Of a DNA stretch of 60,506 bases, positions 9,609 through 17,860 are shown in pieces. Source of the stretch: Candidatus Sericytochromatia bacterium. GTDB lineage: Bacteria; Cyanobacteriota; Sericytochromatia; S15B-MN24; VGJW01. Below the pieces are notes generated by a model, which saw only the letters and a program-made list of their open reading frames with translations, made no database searches and was not told where the DNA came from. Position 1 is the first letter of the stretch; the number at the start of each line of letters is the position of its first letter. Where the stretch lies: assembly GCA_035285865.1 (NCBI GenBank), contig JAYKHS010000018.1, positions 1 through 60,506 of the forward strand, written 5' to 3'. The translations under genes were made by a program, and so were the position numbers.

Positions 9609-10579
9609 CGGACGAGATCCGCGACTCGTTCCCGTTCAAGCCACGGCTGCCCGAACGGGAGCCCGGCGGCCAGCCGGTCCGTCCGCCGGCAGAGCAGGAC
9701 CGGGGACACCAGCTGCCGCCCGGCCCCGAGCCCGATGCCCCCTTGCTGCAGGACGAGGCATGGCCCGACCCCGAGTTCGACCGACCCATCCACGCGGATG
9801 AGGTGCCCGAAGCCGGAGTCCTGCAATCTGTCGCGGAGTCCGATGCCCCGGCCCTGCTGGAGGAGGCTTGGCCCGACCCCGAATTCGACGTGCCGCCCCC
9901 CGAGGACGAGTTCTGGCCCGAGCCGACGACCGAGCCGGTGAATGATCAGGTGATAGAGGCCGCCGTCGTTCCGGGCACCGGCCCCGCTTGGCGCGGCTTG
10001 CGCGGCGGACGCCCCACCGAGGACGCACCGGCACTGGCCATGCTCGAGTTCGGCTCCATCGTGGCGGCATGGGAGGCAGCAGATGCCGTCTGCAAGCGCG
10101 CGGCGGTCGACCTCCTGCTGGTCCGGCCCGCGAGTCCCGGCAAGGGTCTGGTGGTCTTCGCGGGACCGGTGGCCGAGGTCGAGGAGTCGATGCAAGCGGG
10201 TCGCGCCGTGGCGCCCGAGGTCCTGGTGGATGCAATGCTCCTGCCGCAGGCCTCGACAGCGCTGCTGGACCGCCTGCGCTCGGGGACGACGGCGCCCTCC
10301 GCCGGCACGCCGGTCGCGCTTGTGGAAGCCTTTGCATGCGCCGGGGCGCTTGCGGCTGCGGATGCCGCCCTCAAGGCCGCGGCAGTCGATCTGCACCTGC
10401 TGAAGCTGGCTGACGGCTTGGGCGGCAAGGGCTGGTTCGTTCTGGGCGGCGACCTCGAACAGCTCGACGTGGCCGTCGCGGCGGCCCGCGCGCATCTCGA
10501 TCCCCTGGGCCTGACTTGCCGGACGCTGGTGCTGCCCAGCCCCCATCCGGACCTGCTGGTCCACTGGCAGGAGGCCTGA
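9605..10579 (+). CDS. BMC shell trimer (PduT-like BMC-Ts) with an approximately 140-aa acidic, Pro-rich N-terminal extension
   Basis: GTG overlaps the upstream TGA. Tandem BMC domains: ALAMLEFGSI...ADAVCK...SPGK and ALVEA...AADAALKAA...LGGKG...PSPH. Confidence 0.88.
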   Translation: MTDEIRDSFPFKPRLPEREPGGQPVRPPAEQDRGHQLPPGPEPDAPLLQDEAWPDPEFDRPIHADEVPEAGVLQSVAESDAPALLEEAWPDPEFDVPPPEDEFWPEPTTEPVNDQVIEAAVVPGTGPAWRGLRGGRPTEDAPALAMLEFGSIVAAWEAADAVCKRAAVDLLLVRPASPGKGLVVFAGPVAEVEESMQAGRAVAPEVLVDAMLLPQASTALLDRLRSGTTAPSAGTPVALVEAFACAGALAAADAALKAAAVDLHLLKLADGLGGKGWFVLGGDLEQLDVAVAAARAHLDPLGLTCRTLVLPSPHPDLLVHWQEA

Positions 10580-10583
10580 CCCC

Positions 10584-10859
10584 ATGTTCGTCGGCGACGT
10601 CATCGGCACGTTGGTGGCCACCATCAAGGACCCTGCACTGGCAGGCATCAAGCTGATGCTCGTGCAACCCCTGGACGACGAGGGACGGCCCGCGGGGCAG
10701 CCCCTCGTGGCCACCGACAGCATCGGCGTGGGGGTCGGCGAGCGTGCCTTCTGCGTCCTCGGGCGCGAGGCAGCCTTGGCCTTGCCGAACAGCTTTGCCC
10801 CGGTCGATGCCGGCATCGTCGGCATCGTCGATCGGGCGGACAAGGACGAGGAGGCCTAG
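10584..10859 (+). CDS. BMC vertex pentamer (BMC-P)
   Basis: MFVGDVIGTLVATIK...DSIGVGVGE...PVDAGIVGIVD. Confidence 0.95.
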   Translation: MFVGDVIGTLVATIKDPALAGIKLMLVQPLDDEGRPAGQPLVATDSIGVGVGERAFCVLGREAALALPNSFAPVDAGIVGIVDRADKDEEA

Positions 10860-10862
10860 GAC

Positions 10863-11144
10863 ATGCTGCTGGCCAAGGTCACGGGTACCGTCGTCGCCAC
10901 GTTGAAGCATCCCGATCTCGAGGGCCACAAGCTGATGCAGGTGCAGCCCATCCAGCCCGACGGCTCGCCCAAGGGAGCAGCCTTCGTGGCAATCGACCTC
11001 GTCCAGGCCGGCCCGGGGGCCACGGTGCTCGTCGCCCGGGAAGGCGGCAGCGCCCGCATCGCGGTGGGCAAGGACGACGCCCCCGTGCACGCCGTCATCC
11101 TCGGGATCGTCGACGCTGTGGCGGGCCGACCCGTCACCACGTGA
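10863..11144 (+). CDS. BMC vertex pentamer (BMC-P)
   Basis: MLLAKVTGTVVATLK...DLVQAGPG...EGGSAR...PVHAVILGIVD. Confidence 0.95.
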   Translation: MLLAKVTGTVVATLKHPDLEGHKLMQVQPIQPDGSPKGAAFVAIDLVQAGPGATVLVAREGGSARIAVGKDDAPVHAVILGIVDAVAGRPVTT

Positions 11145-11251
11145 CGCCGCCCCACCCCGGGCCTGTGTCGCACGTCCTTGACGCCATCGGGCGGGCGGGG
11201 TAGGTGGAGATCAGGCGACCTGCCGCGTGCGGGTGCCCAGGAGGTTCTGTC

Positions 11252-12736
11252 GTGCTCCGCCGATTCCCGATGCGTCGCCTGCCGGGCGCCACCCTGCTGG
11301 CCCTGGCGCTGGCCGGTGCTGCCGCCGGCTGTTTCTGGCCAAACCCGATCATCAACTCCATCGCGGCGCAGAACAACCAGCTTTATGTCGGCGAATCGAC
11401 GACGATCACCGTCACCGCCAGCACCAACCCCGGGCGCGAGTTGCAGTTCCAGGCCACGGCCGCCCGCGGTCGGATCCTGCAACCGGACACACGCAGCCGG
11501 ACCTTCACCTACATCGCGCCGTTCACGGCCGCGGCACCGGACAACGCGGGCAACCAGGTCATCGGCGACCGCATCACCATCCGCGTCATCGACGGCACCG
11601 CAGTCGTGGACCAGGTGCTGAACATCAACCTGAACGGCAGCAGCGTCATCTTCAAGGACGAGAACGGCGCGACGACCGGCCAAGGGCAGCCTTGCGAACC
11701 GGGGGCAACCCTGACGGACTGCAACGGGCCCCTCTACGTCGGCGTCGTCGACGAGGTCAGCCAGGTGGTCCGCAACATCCGCCCCCTGAAGAACAGGGCA
11801 GGCCAGGCGCTTCGCGGGACGCAGGCAGCCATCTCCCCCGACGGGCGACGCATCGCCTACGTCGAGTACTCGGGCACGACAGGCGGCTCCGCCATCCAGA
11901 CCGTGGACTCGGCCGGGGACGTCCGCACCGTCGTCATCGCGGAACCGGCGGTGCTCAACGTGGACCCGACGTGGACGGGACCGGGCAACGAGATTCTCTT
12001 CGCCAGCAACCGTGGCAACCAGGGCTTCGACATCTACCGCGCCATTCCCGACCAGCAGGGATCCGTCCCGACGCGACTGACCTCCTCGGCGGCCGACGAG
12101 CGCTTCCCGTCCGCCAACCCCAACCTGACGGGCCAGATCGACCTCGTGGTGTCTGCTCAGGCGAATGTGATGGGGGACCTCAACAACCGCAACCCGAGTG
12201 CCGCCTGGAACCTCTTCACCTTCGACCGCCAGACCGGCACCACCGGCGGACAGGGCTACGTCGACCAGCTCACGAACCTCTCCCAAACGGGGGACTATGC
12301 CGTGGAGGCCCGTTGGCGTCCCGACGGGCAGTGGATTGCCTACACGCAAAACGGGCCTGTCGCCAATGCGCTGTCGACCTCGGCACGGTTCCAGCGGGTC
12401 GTCATCCAGGACATCACCAAGCCCCGGGGCTCCGGTTGCGCCCTGACGGTCGCCGTCACGGCCAACCAGGCGGACTACAAGGAAGGAAACCCGGTCTGGA
12501 GCCCGCGCAATCAGGAGCTCTTCTATCTGGACACCAACGGTCCTGACATCATCCCGGGCGCCACCCAGCTGCGCCGCATCCTGCCCAATCTGGGCTGCGC
12601 CTCGGGCCAGCAGGGCGGCAGCCAGCAGGTGCCGCAGCCCGTCGGCATCACGGGGGTCTCGCGCCCCTCGGTCCTTCGCGTCACGGTAGGCAACGGCAAC
12701 AACATCGTGGGCGGCTGGGGGATGGACTGGCGCTGA
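11252..12736 (+). CDS. Lipoprotein with an Ig-like domain and a TolB-like (PD40) beta-propeller
   Basis: AGGAGG then GTG at 11252. Lipobox AAAGC; SPDGRRIAY, PTWT..LFASNR, WRPDGQWIAY, PVWSP. Confidence 0.8.
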   Translation: MLRRFPMRRLPGATLLALALAGAAAGCFWPNPIINSIAAQNNQLYVGESTTITVTASTNPGRELQFQATAARGRILQPDTRSRTFTYIAPFTAAAPDNAGNQVIGDRITIRVIDGTAVVDQVLNINLNGSSVIFKDENGATTGQGQPCEPGATLTDCNGPLYVGVVDEVSQVVRNIRPLKNRAGQALRGTQAAISPDGRRIAYVEYSGTTGGSAIQTVDSAGDVRTVVIAEPAVLNVDPTWTGPGNEILFASNRGNQGFDIYRAIPDQQGSVPTRLTSSAADERFPSANPNLTGQIDLVVSAQANVMGDLNNRNPSAAWNLFTFDRQTGTTGGQGYVDQLTNLSQTGDYAVEARWRPDGQWIAYTQNGPVANALSTSARFQRVVIQDITKPRGSGCALTVAVTANQADYKEGNPVWSPRNQELFYLDTNGPDIIPGATQLRRILPNLGCASGQQGGSQQVPQPVGITGVSRPSVLRVTVGNGNNIVGGWGMDWR

Positions 12737-12762
12737 CGCGTCGGCGCACCCCGTAGCGTCCT

Positions 12763-13179
12763 TCAGGACTGAACGGCGGCCGCCTCCATCAGATCGGCGA
12801 ACTGCAGCAGGTCATCGAGTCCCTCGTCAAGGACAAGCTGGACCACCACCGGGTCGACACGATCATCGGTGTGCACCAGCGTGTTGCGAAAGGCCACCAT
12901 GCGCGTCAGGCGGGCTGCCAGGTCCCGAGGAACGATCCCAGCCCGCTCCAGCAGCAGGATAGCCTCGCGTCTGTCCGTGACCATCGCGGACTTCAGGGAC
13001 CGAACCCAGCGCAAGGCACCGTCCATGGCACACTCGCAGGCACGTTGCAGGTTGACGGCCACGCCGTCCTGGACCATGAAATCCACGTCGTTCCAGGCCC
13101 TGCCGGCCATGTAGTTCCGAGCCTGTTCGGTCGCCCGCCTCATCCGCACGGCCTTGACCCGCAGCACGTCATCCGGCAC
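12763..13179 (-). CDS. hepT: HEPN (DUF86/HepT) RNase toxin
   Basis: NLQRACE..D and the R-X4-H motif FRNTLVH. GTG start at 13179 with GGGAGG upstream; overlaps the MNT gene. Confidence 0.85.
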   Translation of the reverse strand: MPDDVLRVKAVRMRRATEQARNYMAGRAWNDVDFMVQDGVAVNLQRACECAMDGALRWVRSLKSAMVTDRREAILLLERAGIVPRDLAARLTRMVAFRNTLVHTDDRVDPVVVQLVLDEGLDDLLQFADLMEAAAVQS

Positions 13180-13573
13180 GGCGGCCTCCCTCATCCTGCG
13201 GCCGCGAGAACTCCTTGTCGCGCAGCGCCTCTCCCTCCCGGAAATCCAGCAAGTCCGACCAAGCGCCGAGCAGAAAGGACTCGGCCTCGGTCACGTCGCC
13301 AGCCCAGAGCAGACGTCCTTCTCTCATGACCTCCACAACGAGCAGATCACTCGCCATCCGCAGGTCGACCAGGTCCACATCTTGGCCGACCAACCGCGCG
13401 ATCTCGGCAGAGAGGTCCAGCAAGGCCAGCGGATCCAGCACGCCCGCCCCCATCAGGCCCAGGTCCAGATCACTGTCTGCAACGGCATCCCCGCGAGCCC
13501 GGCTCCCGAAGATTCAGACAGCCTGCAGGTCCGGCCACCTGCCTCTGAGCAACGCCACGATCCGCTCGTCCAC
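13169..13573 (-). pseudogene. mntA: MNT (MntA) antitoxin interrupted by an in-frame TGA at codon 20
   Basis: The frame reads VDERIVALLRGRWPDLQAV*IFGSRARGDAVADSDLD...VDLVDL. The GSX10DXD motif is intact; the stop lies at 13514-13516. Confidence 0.8.
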
Positions 13574-13600
13574 GGTCTCAGCCTACCCACGTGCGTCACC

Positions 13601-13610
13601 TGCTAGCATG
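13601..13610. promoter_or_regulatory. TGCTAGCATG element (extended -10-like, palindromic core) between divergent mntA and proS
   Basis: The same decamer occurs at 23155 and 45247, both upstream of genes. Confidence 0.45.
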
Positions 13611-13654
13611 GTCCGGGACGCCAACGCCCTGCGTCCCTTGAGGAGAACGCCACG

Positions 13655-15436
13655 ATGCGGATGAGCCGCCTGCTCGCGCCCACCCTGCGCGAAGTCCCCG
13701 GCGACGCCGAGATCGCCAGCCACCAGCTGCTGCTGCGGGCCGGCTTCATTCGTCGCGTCTCGCCGGGCGTCTACAACTTCCTGCCGCTCATGGAGCGCGT
13801 CGTGCGCAAGGTGGCGCAGATCGTCCGCGAGGAGATGGACCGTTCAGGGGCCCAGGAGATCCGGATGCCGATCCTGTGCCCCGCCGACCTCTGGCAGCAG
13901 TCCGGTCGCTGGGGCGCCTACGGCAAGGAGATGTTCCGCCTGAAGAACCGCCATGATCGCGACGAGCTGCTGGGCCCGACCCACGAGGAAGTCGTCACGG
14001 CCATCGCCCGCGAGGAAGTCCGCAGCTACCGCCAGCTACCGCTGAACCTCTACCAGATCCAGACCAAGTTCCGGGACGAGATCCGGCCGCGCTTCGGCCT
14101 GCTGCGGGGGCGGGAGTTCCTGATGAAGGACGCCTACAGCTTCCACGGCGACACGGCCGACCTCGAGCGCGAATACGCCGTCATGTGCGACACCTACACG
14201 TCGATCTTCAACCGCTGCGGCCTCGCGACGCGTGCCGTGGAGTCCGACGTCGGCGCCATCGGCGGTTCGGCCGCGCATGAGTTCATGGTCATCGTCGACA
14301 CCCCGGGCGGGGAGTGCGACATTCTCTACAGCGACGCGTGCGACTACGCAGCCAACGTCGAACGGGCCGAGACGCGTGTCGCGCCGGCCACCTACACGCC
14401 GACCGACGCCGCGCGCGAGAAGGTCCACACCCCCGCCATCCGCACCGTGGCCGAACAGGCCGCGATGCTGGGCATCCCGGTGGACCAGGTCGTCAAGACC
14501 GTCGTGACGCTGGCGACGTGGTTCGACGGCCCCGAGGGCAAGCCGCGCCACGTGGCGGTGGTCGCCGTCCTGCGTGGCGACCTCAAGCTCAACCTCGTCA
14601 AGCTGCAGAACCACCTGGGCTGTCACGAGCTCCGCACGGCAAGCGACGAGGAAGTGCTGGCGCACACCGGCGTCGTGCCCGGATTCGTGGGGCCTTTCGA
14701 CCTGCCCGAAGGCGTCCTTCTGGTCGGGGACCGCTCGGTCGAGGCCTTGCGCGACTTCTCGACCGGAGCAGGCGAAAAGGACATGCACTACATCCACGCC
14801 TCTTGGTCCGAGGCCTGCCGTCCCGCGTCCTTCGCGGACCTCGTCCAGGCCGAGGCCGGCATGCCTTGTCCGAGGACGCCGAACGGAACCCTCAGGGCCA
14901 CCAAAGGCATCGAGGTGGGCAACACCTTCAAACTGGGAACCAAGTACTCCAAGGCTATGGGAGCGACCTTCACCACCGCGGAAGGCGCAGAGGAGCCTTT
15001 CGTGATGGGCTGCTACGGCATCGGCGTCACCCGCACGGCGCAGGCGGCGGCCGAGGCTTGCCACGATGCCAACGGCATCGCCTGGCCGGTGGCCATCGCC
15101 CCTTACCATCTGGTGATCATTCCGGCGAACCCCAAGGACGAAGCCGTCATGGCGGCTGCCGAGGCCCTCTATGCCGAGGCCGGCAGGATGGGTGTCGAAG
15201 CCGTGATCGACGACCGGGATGAACGGGCCGGGGTCAAGTTCAAGGACGCTGACCTCATCGGCTTCCCGTACCGCATCACGGTCGGCAAGGCCCTGGCCGA
15301 AGGCAGGGTCGAGTTCAAGCCGCGCCTCGCCGGCGAGGTCGCGACGATCCCGGTCGATTCGGCCATCCGCCACGTGGCCGATCTGGTCCGGGAAGCCGTC
15401 GCGGGCCCGGTGCCGCAGGTGCCCGTCACGGCCTGA
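13655..15436 (+). CDS. proS: Proline--tRNA ligase (bacterial type, with INS editing domain)
   Basis: SHQLLLRAG, LGPTHEE, YQIQTKFRDEIRPRFG, GIEVGN.FKLG, MGCYGIG, KFKDADLIG. Confidence 0.98.
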   Translation: MRMSRLLAPTLREVPGDAEIASHQLLLRAGFIRRVSPGVYNFLPLMERVVRKVAQIVREEMDRSGAQEIRMPILCPADLWQQSGRWGAYGKEMFRLKNRHDRDELLGPTHEEVVTAIAREEVRSYRQLPLNLYQIQTKFRDEIRPRFGLLRGREFLMKDAYSFHGDTADLEREYAVMCDTYTSIFNRCGLATRAVESDVGAIGGSAAHEFMVIVDTPGGECDILYSDACDYAANVERAETRVAPATYTPTDAAREKVHTPAIRTVAEQAAMLGIPVDQVVKTVVTLATWFDGPEGKPRHVAVVAVLRGDLKLNLVKLQNHLGCHELRTASDEEVLAHTGVVPGFVGPFDLPEGVLLVGDRSVEALRDFSTGAGEKDMHYIHASWSEACRPASFADLVQAEAGMPCPRTPNGTLRATKGIEVGNTFKLGTKYSKAMGATFTTAEGAEEPFVMGCYGIGVTRTAQAAAEACHDANGIAWPVAIAPYHLVIIPANPKDEAVMAAAEALYAEAGRMGVEAVIDDRDERAGVKFKDADLIGFPYRITVGKALAEGRVEFKPRLAGEVATIPVDSAIRHVADLVREAVAGPVPQVPVTA

Positions 15437-15487
15437 TCCACGGGGCCGGGAGACAAGTCGAGGCGCGGTTTCGGGTATAACCCCATC

Positions 15488-17473
15488 ATGTACGTCCGCT
15501 CCAGGCTCCTCTCGGCCTTCGTCGCACTCCTCGCTGCGTCCAGCTTGGGCTGCACGGTTGCCCGGACGACCCCGATCGCGTCTCAATCCAGCGACGCCTT
15601 GATGCAGCGCGCCCTGTCGATGATCGAGGGTCAGGTCTCCGGTCCTCCCGGACTCATCGCCAATGGCAGCGCCGGACTCATCGCCAACGGCAGCGCCGGC
15701 TTGATTGCCAACGGCAGCGCGGGGCTGGTGACCCGTTCGACCCAGGCGCTGCGGCGGCCCGGCGAACGTTTCTTGCCCGGCCAGGTCATCTATCTGAACC
15801 GTCCGGACGGCGAGTTCTTCCGCGACCAGTTGGGCCGCCCCGTCTCGACCGTCACCGACGGTTCCGGCTACTACATGCTGCGCGACGACATCCCGCAGAA
15901 CGTTCCGGTCATCATCAGCGTGCTGCTGCCCGGCGACCGCAGGCTGGTCGGCTTCACCAAGCCCTCGGCCGGCAGCAACCGGGTGGATGTCTCGGTGGCC
16001 ACGACCATCGTGACGGAGTACCTGCGGGAGCAGGCTCCCGGCGACAAGAGCTCGATCGCGTCTTTCGACCTGACGCTCATCCCGGACCTCACGGACCGGA
16101 CCGAACAACTGCTGGAGTCGGGCCGCATGACCGCGCCCAGCCTGCGTATCGGCGACATTGCCGAAATGAATCGCATGTACGCCGTGGCCATCGGGCAGAA
16201 TCTCTTCGGACTGGGCGAGGCCTGGAAGAAGATGATCAGCCGTCGCATCGTCGCCGGCGTCACCTTCGCAGGAACGGGAGATCCCTATTCGACCGTCCGC
16301 GACGGCACGTCCGCCCTGCAAGCCGGCTTCTCGGTGCCCAAGGGCATCGTGGCCGACGCCCTCGGCAATGTCTACGTCGCCGAGGAGGGTGGCCACCTCA
16401 TCCGCAAGATCGCGCCGTCCGGCAAGGTCACCATCCTGGGCGGCGTGGCCGTCGCCGACGTGGGACGCCCGGGCTACCCGGGCAAGGATCCTCGCGCCAC
16501 GGCTTCGTACTTCAACTGGCCCCGCACGCTCGCACTGGGTCCTGACGGCAATCTCTACGTCGCGGACGTCTTCAACATGCGGATCAGGGCGATCTGCCTG
16601 AAGCCCGCCATCACCTTCGGTCGCGACATGGCCGAGCAGGGCAACGTGTATACGGTCGTGGGAAAGCCCAACTGCCGCGAGGGTGCCTCGCAGTGCGACA
16701 ACGGCTTCGAGCGCGACGAGGCGGCTGCAGCAGGTGGCGAGGGCGTTCCCGCCGACGAGGCACGCCTTACGGGCGTGCGCGGCATGGCCTTCGACGCACA
16801 TGGCAACCTGGTCTTCTCGGACAGTTGGGGCTGGCCCGAGAAAGGCAAAGAGAACGAACCCAACGTCGCCGTACGGCACCGCATCCGCGTTCTGGCCGCA
16901 AAGGCCGGCACGTTCTATGGCGTCACCATGAAGGCCGGACATGTCCACACCATCGCCGGCAAGGACGGCATCACGGGCAATGCAGGCGATAACGCCCAGC
17001 CGGCCCTGGGTGCTCCCATCGGCTATCCTCAGGCCGTGATCGTCCGCAAGGACGGCAGCATCCTGTTCACCGAGGCCGACACCGACCGCATCCGGAGGAT
17101 CTCCCCGGATGGCGTCCTGACCACCTTCGCGGGCGGTGGGTCAAAGCCCGCCTCAGGCGAGGCCTTGACCTACGGGGATGGCGGATCGGCCCTGCAGGCC
17201 TATATCGGCCGCCCGTTCGGCCTTGCCGAGGATGCATCCGGCAATGTGTACGTGACCATGCGCTCGGTCAACCTCATCCGGCGCATCGATCCGGCAGGCA
17301 TCATCCAGACCGTGGCCGGCACGGATGGCATCGGCATCCGGGGCGACCATGACGCGCGGCGCATGACGCTCAATCAACCCTTCGACCTGGCTGTCCTGCC
17401 CGACGGCAGCCTGCTGGCCTCCGAAGCCCGCGGTCACCGACTGCTGCGCTTCTTCGTCCAGTGGGGCCTGTAG
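15488..17473 (+). CDS. NHL-repeat beta-propeller lipoprotein with (G)LIANGSA repeats
   Basis: Lipobox SLGC. NHL repeats P.GI..D..GN.YVAE, PRTLALGPDGNLYVAD and PFGLAEDASGNVYV. Confidence 0.88.
   Translation: MYVRSRLLSAFVALLAASSLGCTVARTTPIASQSSDALMQRALSMIEGQVSGPPGLIANGSAGLIANGSAGLIANGSAGLVTRSTQALRRPGERFLPGQVIYLNRPDGEFFRDQLGRPVSTVTDGSGYYMLRDDIPQNVPVIISVLLPGDRRLVGFTKPSAGSNRVDVSVATTIVTEYLREQAPGDKSSIASFDLTLIPDLTDRTEQLLESGRMTAPSLRIGDIAEMNRMYAVAIGQNLFGLGEAWKKMISRRIVAGVTFAGTGDPYSTVRDGTSALQAGFSVPKGIVADALGNVYVAEEGGHLIRKIAPSGKVTILGGVAVADVGRPGYPGKDPRATASYFNWPRTLALGPDGNLYVADVFNMRIRAICLKPAITFGRDMAEQGNVYTVVGKPNCREGASQCDNGFERDEAAAAGGEGVPADEARLTGVRGMAFDAHGNLVFSDSWGWPEKGKENEPNVAVRHRIRVLAAKAGTFYGVTMKAGHVHTIAGKDGITGNAGDNAQPALGAPIGYPQAVIVRKDGSILFTEADTDRIRRISPDGVLTTFAGGGSKPASGEALTYGDGGSALQAYIGRPFGLAEDASGNVYVTMRSVNLIRRIDPAGIIQTVAGTDGIGIRGDHDARRMTLNQPFDLAVLPDGSLLASEARGHRLLRFFVQWGL
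15650..15721 (+). repeat. Three tandem 24-bp coding repeats (GLIANGSA)
   Basis: ggactcatcgccaatggcagcgcc / ggactcatcgccaacggcagcgcc / ggcttgattgccaacggcagcgcg. Confidence 0.95.
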
Positions 17474-17481
17474 GTCCCGGC

Positions 17482-17772
17482 ATGGAACCCGTCAGCACCA
17501 TCAGCGAACCCAGCCTCCTGCAGATGCTGGCGCAACGCGTTCCGGACGAGATGGCCCTGCCGCTGCTCGAGTCCTGCCTCGAGGTCGTGGGCCAGCCCCG
17601 CAAGCCTGTCTACACGATGGACGATGTCATCGCCATCGGCGAGGTCCTTACCGCAGCAGCAGCGGCTTTGCTCGACGAAGGGCTCGGCGTGCTCGAGGCC
17701 GAGGCCGCCCCGGGTACCGAAGTCGTCATTCAGCCTGCCGACGCTTCGGCGAGGGATACCGGCAAGCTCTAG
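17482..17772 (+). CDS. Small acidic hypothetical protein
   Basis: ATG 8 nt after the NHL gene stop; helical, GC3-rich coding pattern. Confidence 0.55.
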   Translation: MEPVSTISEPSLLQMLAQRVPDEMALPLLESCLEVVGQPRKPVYTMDDVIAIGEVLTAAAAALLDEGLGVLEAEAAPGTEVVIQPADASARDTGKL

Positions 17773-17860
17773 GGGTCGCCTTCGCCGACCTCTGCGCAAG
17801 CAGCGAGGGCCGGCTCAGGATGAGCCGACCCTCGAAACCCGCTGCCCGGCGGGACGTGCG

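Noticed and set aside
3649..11144. Carboxysome interpretation of the shell genes
   Set aside because: No RuBisCO, carbonic anhydrase, CcmM or CsoS2 is present; the cargo is AldDH/DeoC/RpiB, so this is a metabolosome.
13514..13516. TGA recoding (Trp or selenocysteine) in the MNT gene
   Set aside because: TGA is the normal stop for many genes here (rpiB, proS, hemE), and the position is not a catalytic Cys site. A nonsense mutation or sequencing error is simpler.
14036..16948. 970-aa minus-strand ORF, and similar long antisense ORFs (6311-8422, 23176-25098, 54810-56246, 56925-59426)
   Set aside because: Shadow frames opposite well-supported genes. They are expected in high-GC DNA with strong GC3 bias and show no recognisable motifs.
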